Below, piece after piece: positions 12,965 to 24,295 of a stretch of 64,000 nt of DNA. How positions within the stretch are numbered: position 1 is the first letter of the stretch; every line of letters starts with the position of its first letter. This DNA comes from Eledone cirrhosa. Its lineage: Eukaryota. The notes below the pieces were generated by a model. The model was given only the letters and a program-made list of their open reading frames with translations. It was not told the DNA's origin and did no database searches. The DNA lies in NCBI GenBank assembly GCA_964016885.1, contig OZ024741.1:198772001-198836000 (forward strand), given 5' to 3'. Both the position numbers and the translations under genes were made by a program.

Positions 12965-13300
12965 TGCACAGATGATTAGTGGTTAGAGCTCCAGATTCAT
13001 AATTGTGAGGTGAGTTCAATTCTCAGACTGGGCTTTGCGTTGTGTTCTTGAGCAAGACACTTTATTTCATGTTACTCCAATTCACTCAGTTGTGGAAATT
13101 AGTTGTAATGTCACTGGTACCAAGTTGTATTAGCCTTTGTCTTTCTCTTGGACAACATCGGTGGTGTGGCAATGGAAGACTAGTTTGCATGGGCGACTGC
13201 TGGTCTTCCACAAACAACCTTGCTCGAACTTGTACCTCAGAAGGGAAACTTTCTAGGTGAAAATCCCATGTACATTCATGACCAAAAGGTGTCCTTATGT
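12965..13300 (+). mobile_element. tRNA-head CORE-type SINE
   Basis: ttagtggttagag A-box-like, gagttcaattc B box, tgttcttgagcaagacactttattt CORE-like motif; related heads at about 10888 and 60320. Confidence 0.7.
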
Positions 13301-14006
13301 TAAATTTTAAGATTACTTTAATGGTTTTGTTTTTAATGAATGTTTATGAGCGATTAAAAAAATATATTTAATCATTGTTTATATAAGTATCATTATATAT
13401 ATGTGGGTGATGGAGTTATGTTTATATATATATAACTAGGTTTAATGATTTTTTTATACAAGTTGAGTTCTTTAAGTATTTGACGACACACACACATCAT
13501 GTCACAAAGTATAATATTTTAGTGGAAGTGACAGAAATTTTCTGCTATTCAGGCATTACACCATGTGCTTGTGTGATAATTTTTTTCCCCTCATTAAGTC
13601 CTTGTTATTCACCCCCCACAAAATGTAGTCTTGATTCTCTCTTGATTTTGAAAACAAATTTCCCTGAGATGTTTGAACTGTATGTGTGTGTGACATTTTA
13701 AAACAAACAAATTTCTAGTAACTAATTCTTTCTTTCTACCACAGGTTTTTGACTGAAATATAGTTGAGTCAGTTGGGCATATAAGCCTCTAGAGATGGAA
13801 AAAGTGAACAGCATCACCTGTCCACACTTTCTGTGTCTAGGGGCTTATATAGAAAAAATTGGACAGCATCATCTGTCCACTTTTTCTGTCTCTAGGGGCC
13901 TATATGCTCAACTTATTGAATGTTTTGTCACAGTCAAAAACCTGCATCAAAGCAACTATTTGTTGGATAATTATTGCATGTAAATTTATGTTGTTATTTA
14001 TTACAG

Positions 14007-14140
14007 ATATTGTCTACACTGACCTTGCTGCTGATTGTTCCCTTTGTAAAAAATATGAAACAGAATTTGATGACCTGAAGGAAGAGTATGAACGATATAA
14101 AATTAGAGCACAGGCAATATTGAAAAGTAGAAGCTTAAAG
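14007..14140 (+). CDS. GCC1: GCC1 coding exon
   Basis: ttattacag|AT ... AAG|gtaata; 134 nt, phase 1/0, matching the previous exon; LKEEYERYKIRAQAILKS motif. Confidence 0.92.
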
Positions 14141-14202
14141 GTAATATTACTGTTAATGATGTATTCTTTGTTGAAAACCTATTTAATTGATAGATACATA
14201 AA

Positions 14203-15717
14203 AGAATTAACAATGAATATTGTGAAGAATTTAGTGTAAAAGTTGGTGTTCACCAAGGCTCTATCCTTAGCCCCCTCTTATTTATTATTGCCCTTCAGGC
14301 TATAACAGAGGAGTTCAAGACCGGCTGCCCATGGGAACTCCTATACGCAGATGATCTAACGCTCATAGCTGAATCAATGGCTGAACTAGAAAAGAAACTC
14401 CAAACATGGAAGCATGGCCTAAAATCAAAAAGCCTTAAAGTTAACTTGTCTAAGACTAAAGTCCTAGTTTGTATAAAGGAAAATAAGGCACAGGTACCCT
14501 CAGGGAAATGGCCTTGCTCAGTGTGTAGGAAAGGAGTAGGCAGAAATTCAATTTTATGTCCCAAATGCAAAGTATGGGTACATAAAAGATGTAGTGGGAT
14601 CACAGGTCAGCTATCTAAGAATAGAGACTTTATATGTGGCCGATGCTCAGGTGCAATAGGTAGCAAGTGTCCACAGGATACTAGCCCCTTCTATTGCACA
14701 GATGGTTCTATAGAAATAGTGGACACTTTCCGTTACCTGGGTGATGAAATCAGCAGTGGTGGAGGGTGTTCTGAAAGTACAGTAGCCAGAGTCAGAACGG
14801 GATGGAAAAAGTTCAGAGAGCTTATACCGCTGTTGGCCACAAAAGGTTTCTCTCTAAAAATGAAAGGCAGATTGTATGATGCTTGTATACGAACAGCAAT
14901 GCTACATGGCAGTGAGACATGGGCATTACGTGCAGAGGACCTGCGTAGACTAGAAAGGAACGAAGCATGCATGCTCCGTTGGATGTGTAATAGTAATATA
15001 CGTGAACGGCAAAGCATAAATGAACTAAGTGAGAAATTAGGAGGAAGAGGGGTCAGATGCTGTTTACTCGAGAGAAGACTACGTTGGTATGGCCACGTGA
15101 TGCGCATGAAAGACGACAACTCTATAAAAAAGTGCAGGGCGATCAAAATTGATGATAGTTACGGAGTAGGTAGACTCAGAAAAACCTGGGACGATCTGAT
15201 AAATTCCGACCTTACACACTTGCACCTCTCTAAGACAATGTCACTGGACTGAGATCTTTGGCGCTACGCAGTAATACAGAAGACCCGCCTTGCCTATGTA
15301 CAAAGCGAAACCTAGTCAGTAGGCACCTCTTAACCAAATATACACCCCAATCCACTACCCTACCCTATCCTCCCACTCCCACCAACACCCACCCCCTCTC
15401 TATAAAGTTGGTACCACAACATCCAGTCCAAATAAATGAGATAAATGAGATCGAGATCGTGTAGGTGTCACGAGAAAAAAAACACACAGTCCACGCTGTA
15501 ATGTGGCCGTGTAGGTAACACGGTAAAAAGTTCCCAGTTCCACACTGTAAATGTGGTTGGTGTTAGGAAGGGCATCCAGTTGTAGAAAACCTGCCAGATA
15601 GTCCTATATGAGCTAGACACGGTCACCCGACCAGCCTTGCCTCAAGTGGGACAACTCCCGTCTAACCCATGCTAGCGTGGAAACTGGACGTTAAACGAGG
15701 ATGATGATGATGATGAT
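14203..15717 (+). mobile_element. 5'-truncated RTE-clade LINE (RT with PHD finger, 3' UTR, (GAT)n tail)
   Basis: Frame RINNEYCEEFSVKVGVHQGSILSP...LLYADDL...FRYLG...LHGSETW...RLRWYGHV; TGA at 15250-15252 is a CGA>TGA change (the sibling at 33030 has CGA); true stop about 15313-15315; (GAT)n tail. Confidence 0.95.
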
Positions 15718-16453
15718 AAACTATGTAAAATGACAACTGTGGCCTGATGATGTCCATTACATTCATACCAGTAATTGGAGCAGGTTGGTTGTTGTTGTTT
15801 TACTTTGAGGGCTGGTGTATGGTTTTGAAGGATATGGAAGAGTTTAGTTTATGACTGGTGGAGTATGTGTATGGTGGGTGGTGTTGATTATAGGATTAGG
15901 AGATGTGGTTGCCTCATGAAAAGCATGGGCTTGGTTTAAATGTATTTATATTTTAGTTATGTATATAAGGGCTTGGACTATTTTTAACCTTGCAATATTT
16001 AAAAACACTTTGCTGAAGTCCAATGTTTATCTACCTATGTATATATATATAAAATTTATATCTGTATAAATACAGGGTGTGTAACCGAGCTGCACCAATG
16101 TGTATAAATGTATACACATATCTAATATATAAGCATGTAAATATGCCAGAAAATATGAAGTTCCTTTTAATTGATTTATGGATCTTATTGGTCCCTCATC
16201 AGAAAACGTGTATATCATCCAACCAACCACAAGGAAACATTTATTTGATGGGAATGTATGCCCATTTGCTCTTAATATTATTTTGAAATGGATGTACTAA
16301 TTTGCATACAATTAGCGCTTATGTTGGTAATTAAGATATATATGAAGAAGTGCACTAGTAGCCAAAGTGTATGATAAAGTTATATCCGTACAAATACAGA
16401 GTGTGTAACTGAAACTGCACCAACATGTGTAAATATATACACATATCTAATAT

Positions 16454-17269
16454 CTTCTTGTGACGCTAAACTCCGCCAGTTGCAGACTGTGCATCAACAT
16501 ATGATATCTCTCTCCACAAAGTTCGATCACCAGCAGCAGAGAGCAAAGATCAAGTCCAGTCCATAAGTTGACATTGTAAAGCCATAGTTTTGGCTGCCAG
16601 CCTCTGCTTCTCTTACCAGCCAACTTTCCTTCCAGACATAACCTACTCACACCATGAGTTGATCTTTTTATATGACCGTATAGTTTGAGTACTGTTGACT
16701 TAACAATTGATGTAATTGGTCGAAGTGTGGTAATGTTGAGCAGCTCACTGATACAGATACGGTCACTGATCCACTTGCCAGTCATAAGTCTCATGATGTG
16801 GTTCTGGAATGTAGAGAGCTTCTGAAGTGACCTTGTTGTCCAATTAACACAGTCAAGACCATATAACACAACTGGTAGGATGTAAGTATCAAAGATCTTA
16901 GTCTTCAAATGATAGGAAACTCATTTTGATGTTAGTACTTCCTTGTTCTTGTTGAAAGCTGCCCAACATAGAGCAATGCAATACTGTGCAGCAACCATTC
17001 CATTGTTGTTGAGGATAGTTTGTGACTGAGATATACAAACTCCGTAACTTGAGCTATTTGCTGGTTGTAGATTGTGATTTGGAGATTGGCATTGTTTTTA
17101 TCAGTTGTCATACATTTTGTTTTGGAGATATTGATGTGTAAGCCAGCCTCCAGCGAATGTTTGGCCAGTACATTAAGAAATTCATGCAAATCAGTTCTAG
17201 AGTAACTCATGATGGCTAGATCATCTGCATAGCTAAGATTTGATAGGATCTTACCTCCTATTTGAGGAG
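16454..17269 (-). mobile_element. 5'-truncated RTE-like LINE with 12-bp TSD
   Basis: ORFs 16932..17342 (LSYADDL, EFVYL) and 16447..16908 (LPVVLYG, LKLYGHI); TSD catatctaatat at 16442-16453 and 17270-17281. Confidence 0.88.
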
Positions 17270-17425
17270 CATATCTAATATGTAGGATTGTAAACAAAAA
17301 ATACGAATTTCCCTGTAAATTGGAAGTGATAATTATATGCAAATTTGTATGACCATTTCAGGATAATACTAAGAGTGAATAGGTATATATACCCATAAAA
17401 TATGTTTCTGGTTGGATGATATATA

Positions 17426-17472
17426 CATCTTCTGATGAAAGCCCACCAAGATCCGAAAATGGATTAAAGATG
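17426..17472 (+). ncRNA. Hammerhead ribozyme-like motif, helix II degenerate
   Basis: catctt-CTGATGA-aagcccaccaagatcc-GAAA-atggat-TA-aagatg; helix I catctt/aagatg is perfect. Confidence 0.55.
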
Positions 17473-17855
17473 CTTTTCATTTTTTCAATTTACAGGGAAA
17501 TATATGTATTTTCTAAGATGTTTGCATGCCTACATATTAGATGTGTATATATATATTTATACACTGTAAATGTGGTTGGTGTTAGGTTCCAGCCGTAGAA
17601 AACCTGCCAGATATATACGAGCGAGACACGGTCACCCGACCAATCTTGCCTCAAATGGGACAGTTCCCGTCTAACCCATACTAACGTAGAAGATAGATGT
17701 TAAATGAGGATGATGATGATGATGATACACCTTGGTGCAGTCTCAGTTACACACTGAATTTATACACATATAACTTTATCATACACTTTGGTCGCTCGAG
17801 CACTTTTTACTATATATGTATATAGAAAAACCACAGACCCTCCATCTCAACTCTA

Positions 17856-17892
17856 CTTTTGAAAAGCAGAAGAACTGCGAAACCGGTAAAGG
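17856..17892 (+). ncRNA. Minimal hammerhead motif (U3-A8 variant)
   Basis: ctt-TTGAAAA-gcag-aagaa-ctgc-GAAA-ccgg-TA-aag; palindromic ACCGGT helix III as described for Penelope-like elements. Confidence 0.6.
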
Positions 17893-18031
17893 AACCAAAT
17901 AAATATATATATTTTTTTTTAAATAAGACCAAAGTTGCATTTTCGATTTCATCTTTTTTTCTTTATAGTTTCACTCGTGTAGAACACCTCGGTTATTTCT
18001 CATTTTGTAAAAAAAACCTCACTTTCTAATA

Positions 18032-18200
18032 GGCAGTATCGGTAGAGGGTCGGACGCTATGCTTTCCAGCATAGTTACGTCCCTTTGCGGTCTGAGTTCA
18101 AATCCCGCCGAGGTTAACTTTGCCTTTCATCCTTACGGGGTCGATAAAATAAAGTACCAGTAATGTACTGGGTAATTGATGGCCTTGTGCCAAAAGTAGA

Positions 18201-18205
<5 letters not shown>
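18032..18205 (+). mobile_element. tRNA-derived SINE family 1, young copy
   Basis: ggcagtatcggtag A box, gagttcaaatcc B box, gcctttcatccttacggggtcgataaaataaagtaccag core; followed by (TA)n. Confidence 0.85.
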
Positions 18206-18278
<73 letters not shown>

Positions 18279-18448
18279 TTCATTGAAGTTGGTGGTTCAC
18301 CACTGGATAGAACTGGTCATTCTGTATAGTTAACCATGATGCAATAGTAGGAAAAATGCTCAACGTAATGTAACTCAATCATCTTTGGTTATATACAATG
18401 CTTCAAGCAAATTACAACATTGTTGGTGGTACATGAACAGAGTTAAAT

Positions 18449-18535
18449 ATTATTGAATAAAGTGACAAGTTTATTAAAAATAAAAACTTTAAAGGAATTT
18501 CAACTTTCTGGCCTCTTGTCACTTTATTCAATAAT

Positions 18536-18566
<31 letters not shown>

Positions 18567-18983
18567 ATAGCTTTCACCGTATTTTTGACTACAAGCTAAA
18601 ATTCCTTTAGTCAAAAATACGGTGAAAGCTATATATTTTCTAATTTCAAACTCGCTCACTGTTTTCAAAACATACTTACTTGCTATATATATATATGTAT
18701 ATATATATATATTTGAAAAGGGAAGTAAGGTTCTATATAAAACTGGTTATAGAGAAAAGGTGAAATTGGAAATACCATGGAAAATATATTCAAAGGTCTG
18801 TTTTTCTTTTTTTGTTCTTTCTTTGATTTATCAAAGTGACATTGAAAATATGAGAGGGACAATTCTTTTTAAAAGAATTGTCCCTCTCATATTTTCAATA
18901 ATGTCACTTTGATGAATCAAAGAAAGGAAAAAAAAAAAGAAAAACAGACCTTTAAATATATTTTCCGTGCTATTTCCAATTTC

Positions 18984-18994
<11 letters not shown>
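18449..18994. repeat. Cluster of three palindromes between microsatellites
   Basis: 18449-18535 (21-bp arms), 18555-18644 (perfect 37-bp arms), 18751-18994 (about 120-bp arms, centre 18870). Confidence 0.9.
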
Positions 18995-19025
<31 letters not shown>

Positions 19026-19244
19026 AATAAATCATTAGACGTGTCCGTCGAACCTGCGGGTCCAGAATCAGACAGATCCACCCAATGATCGCGTCTCGAG
19101 CTGTCCGCTGGCAGTTGTAACACAATAAATTGAATTCAGATGCATCACTGATTTTTCGTTTCATATTATATCATACTCTGCTCTGTAAGAGCATAGAGTG
19201 CTCAACCGGCATACCGCCTATGGAAGCATCTTAGCTACCATCAG

Positions 19245-19320
<76 letters not shown>

Positions 19321-19379
19321 AAATGTTGTAGTTTGCTTGAAGCATTGTATATAATATCCACGTTATATATATATATGTA

Positions 19380-20210
19380 TATAAGATTTAATATAGAAAT
19401 TGCTTCTACAGGACTAGAACTGTTTCATTCTTAACAAATCATCAGGAAAGCCAACTGTCATTGTAATATGGTGGAATTTATAAGTTTTCTGGTGGTTGGG
19501 GAAGGTGGTGATTTTGAGAATGGGTAAAGGTCGTTGGCCTAGGGATTTTAAAGAACAAGGATTCTTAGAAAAACTTTTTAGAAATATACACACTAATACA
19601 ATGACACAGATAAAAGACAAGGTACACATTCTTACACAAGTACCCATGCACACATATACATACAAACAACCACACATTTTTTTAAGGTTCATTTATTCTA
19701 AGTAAATAAAAAAATTTCATTGATTGACTAAATTGTCAGGCTCTGGCCAAAGAATGTTTGGTATCAATGGGTTATTGACACCTGTGAAATCAATTAAAGG
19801 TGAGGGTGGTGGAATTAGCAACAATGGCCATGATAAATATATATATATATAAGCTTGTAGGGGTTGCACCAATATATTACTCTATATTCATAAACAATGT
19901 TTCGATCTAAACAAATTATTTTGCATAGGGCATCTATTAGGGACTTTGCAGTTGCAATTGGTGGTGTTACTGTTCATTGTTCCTTCTCTGTGTCTGTGTG
20001 TTCGTTGGTTTGTCTCATTTGTCTTTATGGTGTTTTATCCATTAATCATGTTGCTATTTAGCAAACCTCTACAAGTCTGATGATTTCTTAAGAATGAAAC
20101 AATTCTAGTCCTGTAGAAGCAATTTCTATATTAAATTTTGTATATACTCTGCTAATCTATTTAGTACATCACTTACTGTGGTTACCCCTGATTGAACCTG
20201 GGACTCATAT
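19380..20210 (+). mobile_element. Penelope-like relic with inverted terminal copies bearing hammerhead-like cores
   Basis: About 19383-19445 is the reverse complement of about 20077-20140: CTGATGA-ttt(c/g)ttaagaat-GAAA-ca(a/g)ttcta-GTC-ctgtagaagc; unique tail after 20140. Confidence 0.65.
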
Positions 20211-20211
20211 A

Positions 20212-20595
20212 TCATCATCATCATTCTATGTTTGCTTTTCCCTGCTTGCAAGGGTGGGATGGGAACTGATTCTGGCTTGATTTCTACAGCTGGATGCCCT
20301 TCCTAACACCAACCTCATTTACAGTGAATGATGGGTGCTTTTTTTCTGTGGTGCCTACACGTCCACTTTACAGTGCGGGCTGGGTGCTTTTTTTCCGTGG
20401 CACCTCCATGACCACTTTGCAGTGGAATGATAGGGACCCCAGTCCTATTGTCTCATTTCTACAGCTGAGTAAACTGGAGCAATGTGAAATAAAGTGTCTT
20501 GCTCAAGGAAACAACACATCACCCGGTCTGAGAATTGAATTCACAACCTTTCGGTTGCAAGGCCAATCCTCTAACCACTAAGCCATGTGCCTCCA
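20212..20595 (-). mobile_element. tRNA-head CORE-type SINE with RTE-derived 3' tail (family 2), full length
   Basis: Minus strand reads ggaggcacatggcttagtggttagag (A box) ... gaattcaattc ... ccttgagcaagacactttatttc ... gttaggaagggcatccagc ... (GAT)n. Confidence 0.88.
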
Positions 20596-20920
20596 TATAT
20601 ATATATATGTATATGTATGTATATATATATCAGGCTGGCTCCTTGAATTACCAATACAACTAAGTAGGCTGGAGCCACATGAAGTAAAGGACCGTCTATT
20701 CTTATATTATCAGTAGGCTCTTAGGCTTGGCTATGGTTAAACATTTTATCAATTCATCTTTTGTATTTATTGCCCAATCCTTGCTAGCAGTGGAAATGAT
20801 GTTAAAATATGATGATGATGATGATGATGATAGATGAGTGGTGTTGTAAATTAGTCTTTTCTTTTTTCTTTTTTTTTTTTTTTTTTTCAAATAATGAACA
20901 ATGAATTATTTTCATCTCAG

Positions 20921-21748
20921 GAAAACACTTCTGAAGAAGACAATTTGCGGGAACAAGTAAATGATCTGAGAGAGAAAGTAAAGACTCTACACATTCAACA
21001 TGAGATTCAAATAAAGTCACATCTGGAGAAAGAGGACAACCTTCACAGTATAATGGTCACTCTTCAAGAGAAACATCATTCAGAGCAAAATATGATGATT
21101 AGTGAACATCAACATCAACTTGCAGAGCTTGAAGAAGAATTGAAAAAGCAACGTAATAGGACTATATCCATGTTAATGGAGAAGGATCTTGAAATTGCAC
21201 ATCTTCAGACACTTGCTAATCTTCCAACTTATAATACAAATGTGTATAGTCAACATTCCTCATCAGCATCGTTATCTCAGAAACAGATCAATGTTTCAAG
21301 TGTAAAGGGCAATGCTGGTTCTAGCAGCATACCAGAAGAGCAGCGAAGCCTTTCTAAATTACTGCATAATGTATCTTCCCCTTCTGGAGATATGCCACTC
21401 ATACATTTTGCTCAAGAAATTGCTCGCAAAGATGTTGACATTGCTTCTCTTCGAAACAGGAAGTATCAGCTGGAGACTACACTGAGAGAACTTCAACATT
21501 CTTTGTTGCTTAAAGAGCAGAAAGCCAAAGAAGAGCATGAACAGTTACAAGAGATGCTTCGTAAACATGAAAGGGATAAATCGAGAGAAGGAGCTAATTT
21601 AGAATATTTAAAAAATGTTGTATATCAGTTTCTCATCTGTACAGACACTTCTGGCAAACAAAAGATGTTAAATGCAATAATTACCATATTGCAGTTTAGT
21701 CCTCAAGAACGGGAAAAAGTATATTCTTTCAGCAAAGTACGGTGGTGA
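20921..21748 (+). CDS. GCC1: GCC1 terminal coding exon with C-terminal GRIP domain
   Basis: ttttcatctcag|GAA; open to TGA, followed directly by TAA; ends with REGANLEYLKNVVYQFL...MLNAIITILQFSPQE, a typical GRIP domain. Confidence 0.95.
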   Translation, partial: ENTSEEDNLREQVNDLREKVKTLHIQHEIQIKSHLEKEDNLHSIMVTLQEKHHSEQNMMISEHQHQLAELEEELKKQRNRTISMLMEKDLEIAHLQTLANLPTYNTNVYSQHSSSASLSQKQINVSSVKGNAGSSSIPEEQRSLSKLLHNVSSPSGDMPLIHFAQEIARKDVDIASLRNRKYQLETTLRELQHSLLLKEQKAKEEHEQLQEMLRKHERDKSREGANLEYLKNVVYQFLICTDTSGKQKMLNAIITILQFSPQEREKVYSFSKVRW

Positions 21749-22234
21749 TAAATTTCGAATATTCTGAATATTTTATGGCAAATGTGTTTTACTCATTAAA
21801 TATATGCTAAAGTACAGTCTAAATTATTTTTTTGTTTCTTTTTACATTAAAAAAATATATTTTCATTTAAGCAATTTTTTTATTTTTACTGAATACTTGA
21901 TTACACTGTCTGAGATAAGAAGTTCATCATATAGGATATGGTGGGTCTTTTGTATATCATTACATCTGTCTTTGGCATTAACTTGTTTATCTCAATTAAC
22001 CTAACTTTTATTTGATAGTGGAGTGATTGGTTAATATTAAGAAATGATTTGTCTGTTTACATGTTTCAACAATTCTCATAATGGTGTATATTTAAAGAAC
22101 TACTGAGTTCCATTCTGGCTGCAAATAATGGATATAGAATTATTTAAAGAACATCATACAATCTACAGGTCTAGTTTTTACATCTTTTCTATTATTTACC
22201 ATCATTAACAGAAAAAAAAAATATTGGTATAAGT

Positions 22235-22540
22235 TAGCTGAAGCATATAGACAATATGCCCCACCCCCTCCCACTGTAATGTGGTCGTATAGGTGACATG
22301 ACAAAAAGCTCCCTGTCCACACTGTAAAGTGGTTGTGTAGGTGCCACGGTAAAAAAGCATCCAGTACTCACTGTAAATGAGGTTGGTGTTAGCAAATCCA
22401 GCTGTAGAAATCAAGCCAAAATCAAGTTCCGTATGAGCAAGACATGGTCACCTGACCTGGCATTGCCCACAACAGGACAACCTGTCTAACCCATGCTAGC
22501 ATGGAAGAATGGACGTAAAACAGTGATGATGATGATGATG
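22235..22540 (+). mobile_element. RTE LINE 3' UTR fragment downstream of the GCC1 stop
   Basis: agctgaagcatatagacaatatgcccc matches the 3' UTR of the RTE at 53315-53910; ends cccatgctagcatggaag...(GAT)n. Confidence 0.8.
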
Positions 22541-22799
22541 GGCAATTAAATTAAACACTAAAGGTTTGAGGGTGTTGTAGTTTGATTGAAGCATGAGAAC
22601 ATCACAAGATATCCTGTTCTGAATTAGTTTCCTCAAATTTTCTTTTTGATGAAGGGGTTTTATTCTGAAATATTAAGGACTATTAAACAACTCCAAGGTA
22701 ACATTCCAACATCTTTGTTATCATATTTTTAACATTTAGCACACTATTTGGATTGCTGTAGCTGTCTAATAAAACACACCATTTTCTACTCAAAAGGTG

Positions 22800-23040
22800 A
22801 TCATCATTACTGTTTAATGTATACTTCCCATGCTTGCATGGGTTAGATGGGTTTTCAGCTTATGAGGCTAGATAGATCAGGTGACAATGTTTTGCTCATA
22901 TAGATCTGTATTTAGGCTTAGTGTTCTACAGCTGGATGTCCTGCCTAATGCCAACCACTTTATAACATGTCCTGGAAGCTTTGGTCATAGCACCAGCACA
23001 CCTTAAAGTGTGGACTGGATGCTTTTTTGAAACCGGACCA
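22800..23040 (-). mobile_element. RTE-tail-type repeat, antisense
   Basis: cccatgcttgcatgggttaga...ctacagctggatgtcctgcctaatgccaaccac. Confidence 0.7.
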
Positions 23041-24295
23041 GCATGAACTATCTAAAATCCTTCCATCATAATTTTACATAAGAACCTTTGTCAAGCTATG
23101 ATCCAAAGTTAGTCATATTACTTCAAATTGTTGATTATTTGAAAATCATAAGCATTGTCTTTTATTAGAAATATGTTAATGAAAAAGTTGAATAGTAGCA
23201 GTATTATAGTTTTAATGTTATGTTAGCTTGGAGTGCTACGTTCAATATCTCTTCAGGTAAAGTTATCTGACATCCTATCTAAGGGATGATTAGTCTTTTC
23301 TTCATTATACAGATATGAGGAAAAAATAGAACTAAATTCTCAAGGGTTTCCTGATGTCAATGAAAAGATTAACCATTCCTTATACTGGTAAGCTGTGCTT
23401 TCCATGTTATGTTACTTGTTCAACTGAGTCAGAATGTTAGATATTTTGTTCTTTGGTCTGAGAATTACACATGGTAAAGAGAAAATCTAAATATGATACT
23501 ACAATGTCTAACTCATGCCAGCAGGGAATATAGATGTTAAATGGTGGTGGTGATGCTGAATGCCATGATAATGGTGATGATGAATGCCATGATAATGGTG
23601 ATAGTGATGATGATGATGATTGTCATGATGTATCTGAGGGAAAATTGAATCACAAGACAGTTATTCATATATTGTAATTCTATTTAATATTTATCTGAAG
23701 TACCGGATGCCAATGTGAAATTTATGTTGATTTTGGTGATAGTGACAAATGAAGCACTTAAGAATTACATGCAATGATCCAGTTGCTTAGTATGGCAAGC
23801 AATATTTTACTGACCCATGGTAAATGTTTGCAGTTAGAACTGTCAACTCTACAGTGTGACTCTTCTTCTTCTTGGTCCTATCAGAAGCAACCATTTCCAA
23901 GCAAGATCCATGACTATAGGTAAGGGTTGGCACTAATACTGAACTGAAGAGAGCGAGTTTGGCTTTTACACTGTTCAATATATTATTACCAATTATGAGC
24001 CAAATTCATCCATGTAACAGTCAGTTGATAAAATGGCTTAAAACCAATACGATCACACTACATATGACTAGCAAACTGATTCCAATCTAATCCTTAATAA
24101 CAGTGGGTTGCTATAAATAATAGCTTAGAAAATTAAGGAAACGTGCCCAGAGATGCTTACAGCCACTTTTACATGATTTTTGTAAGCTATTATTTATAGT
24201 GATTGATTGTTATTCCAATTATTTTCTGCATTTTGGATTCTCACATTTTCAAATATATATATATATATTCAATATTATTTAGGTTAAAAAGTGAG

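Larger units (their letters stand above)
16040..17810. mobile_element. Penelope-like pseudo-LTR array (direct and inverted copies) interrupted by a LINE
   Basis: gtgtgtaacygarctgcaccaa repeated at about 16077 and 16401 and inverted at about 17732; hammerhead-like motifs at 17426 (+) and about 16165-16210 (-). Confidence 0.6.

Noticed and set aside
13859-15252. GCC1-RTE fusion by read-through of the 14140 donor
   Set aside because: The exon frame stops at 14239 and the LINE ORF is in a different frame
20520-20595. tRNA-like sequences with A and B boxes (also about 30650, 48590, 18032 and 62810)
   Set aside because: SINE heads: no complete cloverleaf, and they run into CORE/LINE tails
20894-20920. 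ATG start of a standalone 284-aa GRIP protein
   Set aside because: The ATG lies in the intron just before a good acceptor at 20920; the ORF is the terminal GCC1 exon
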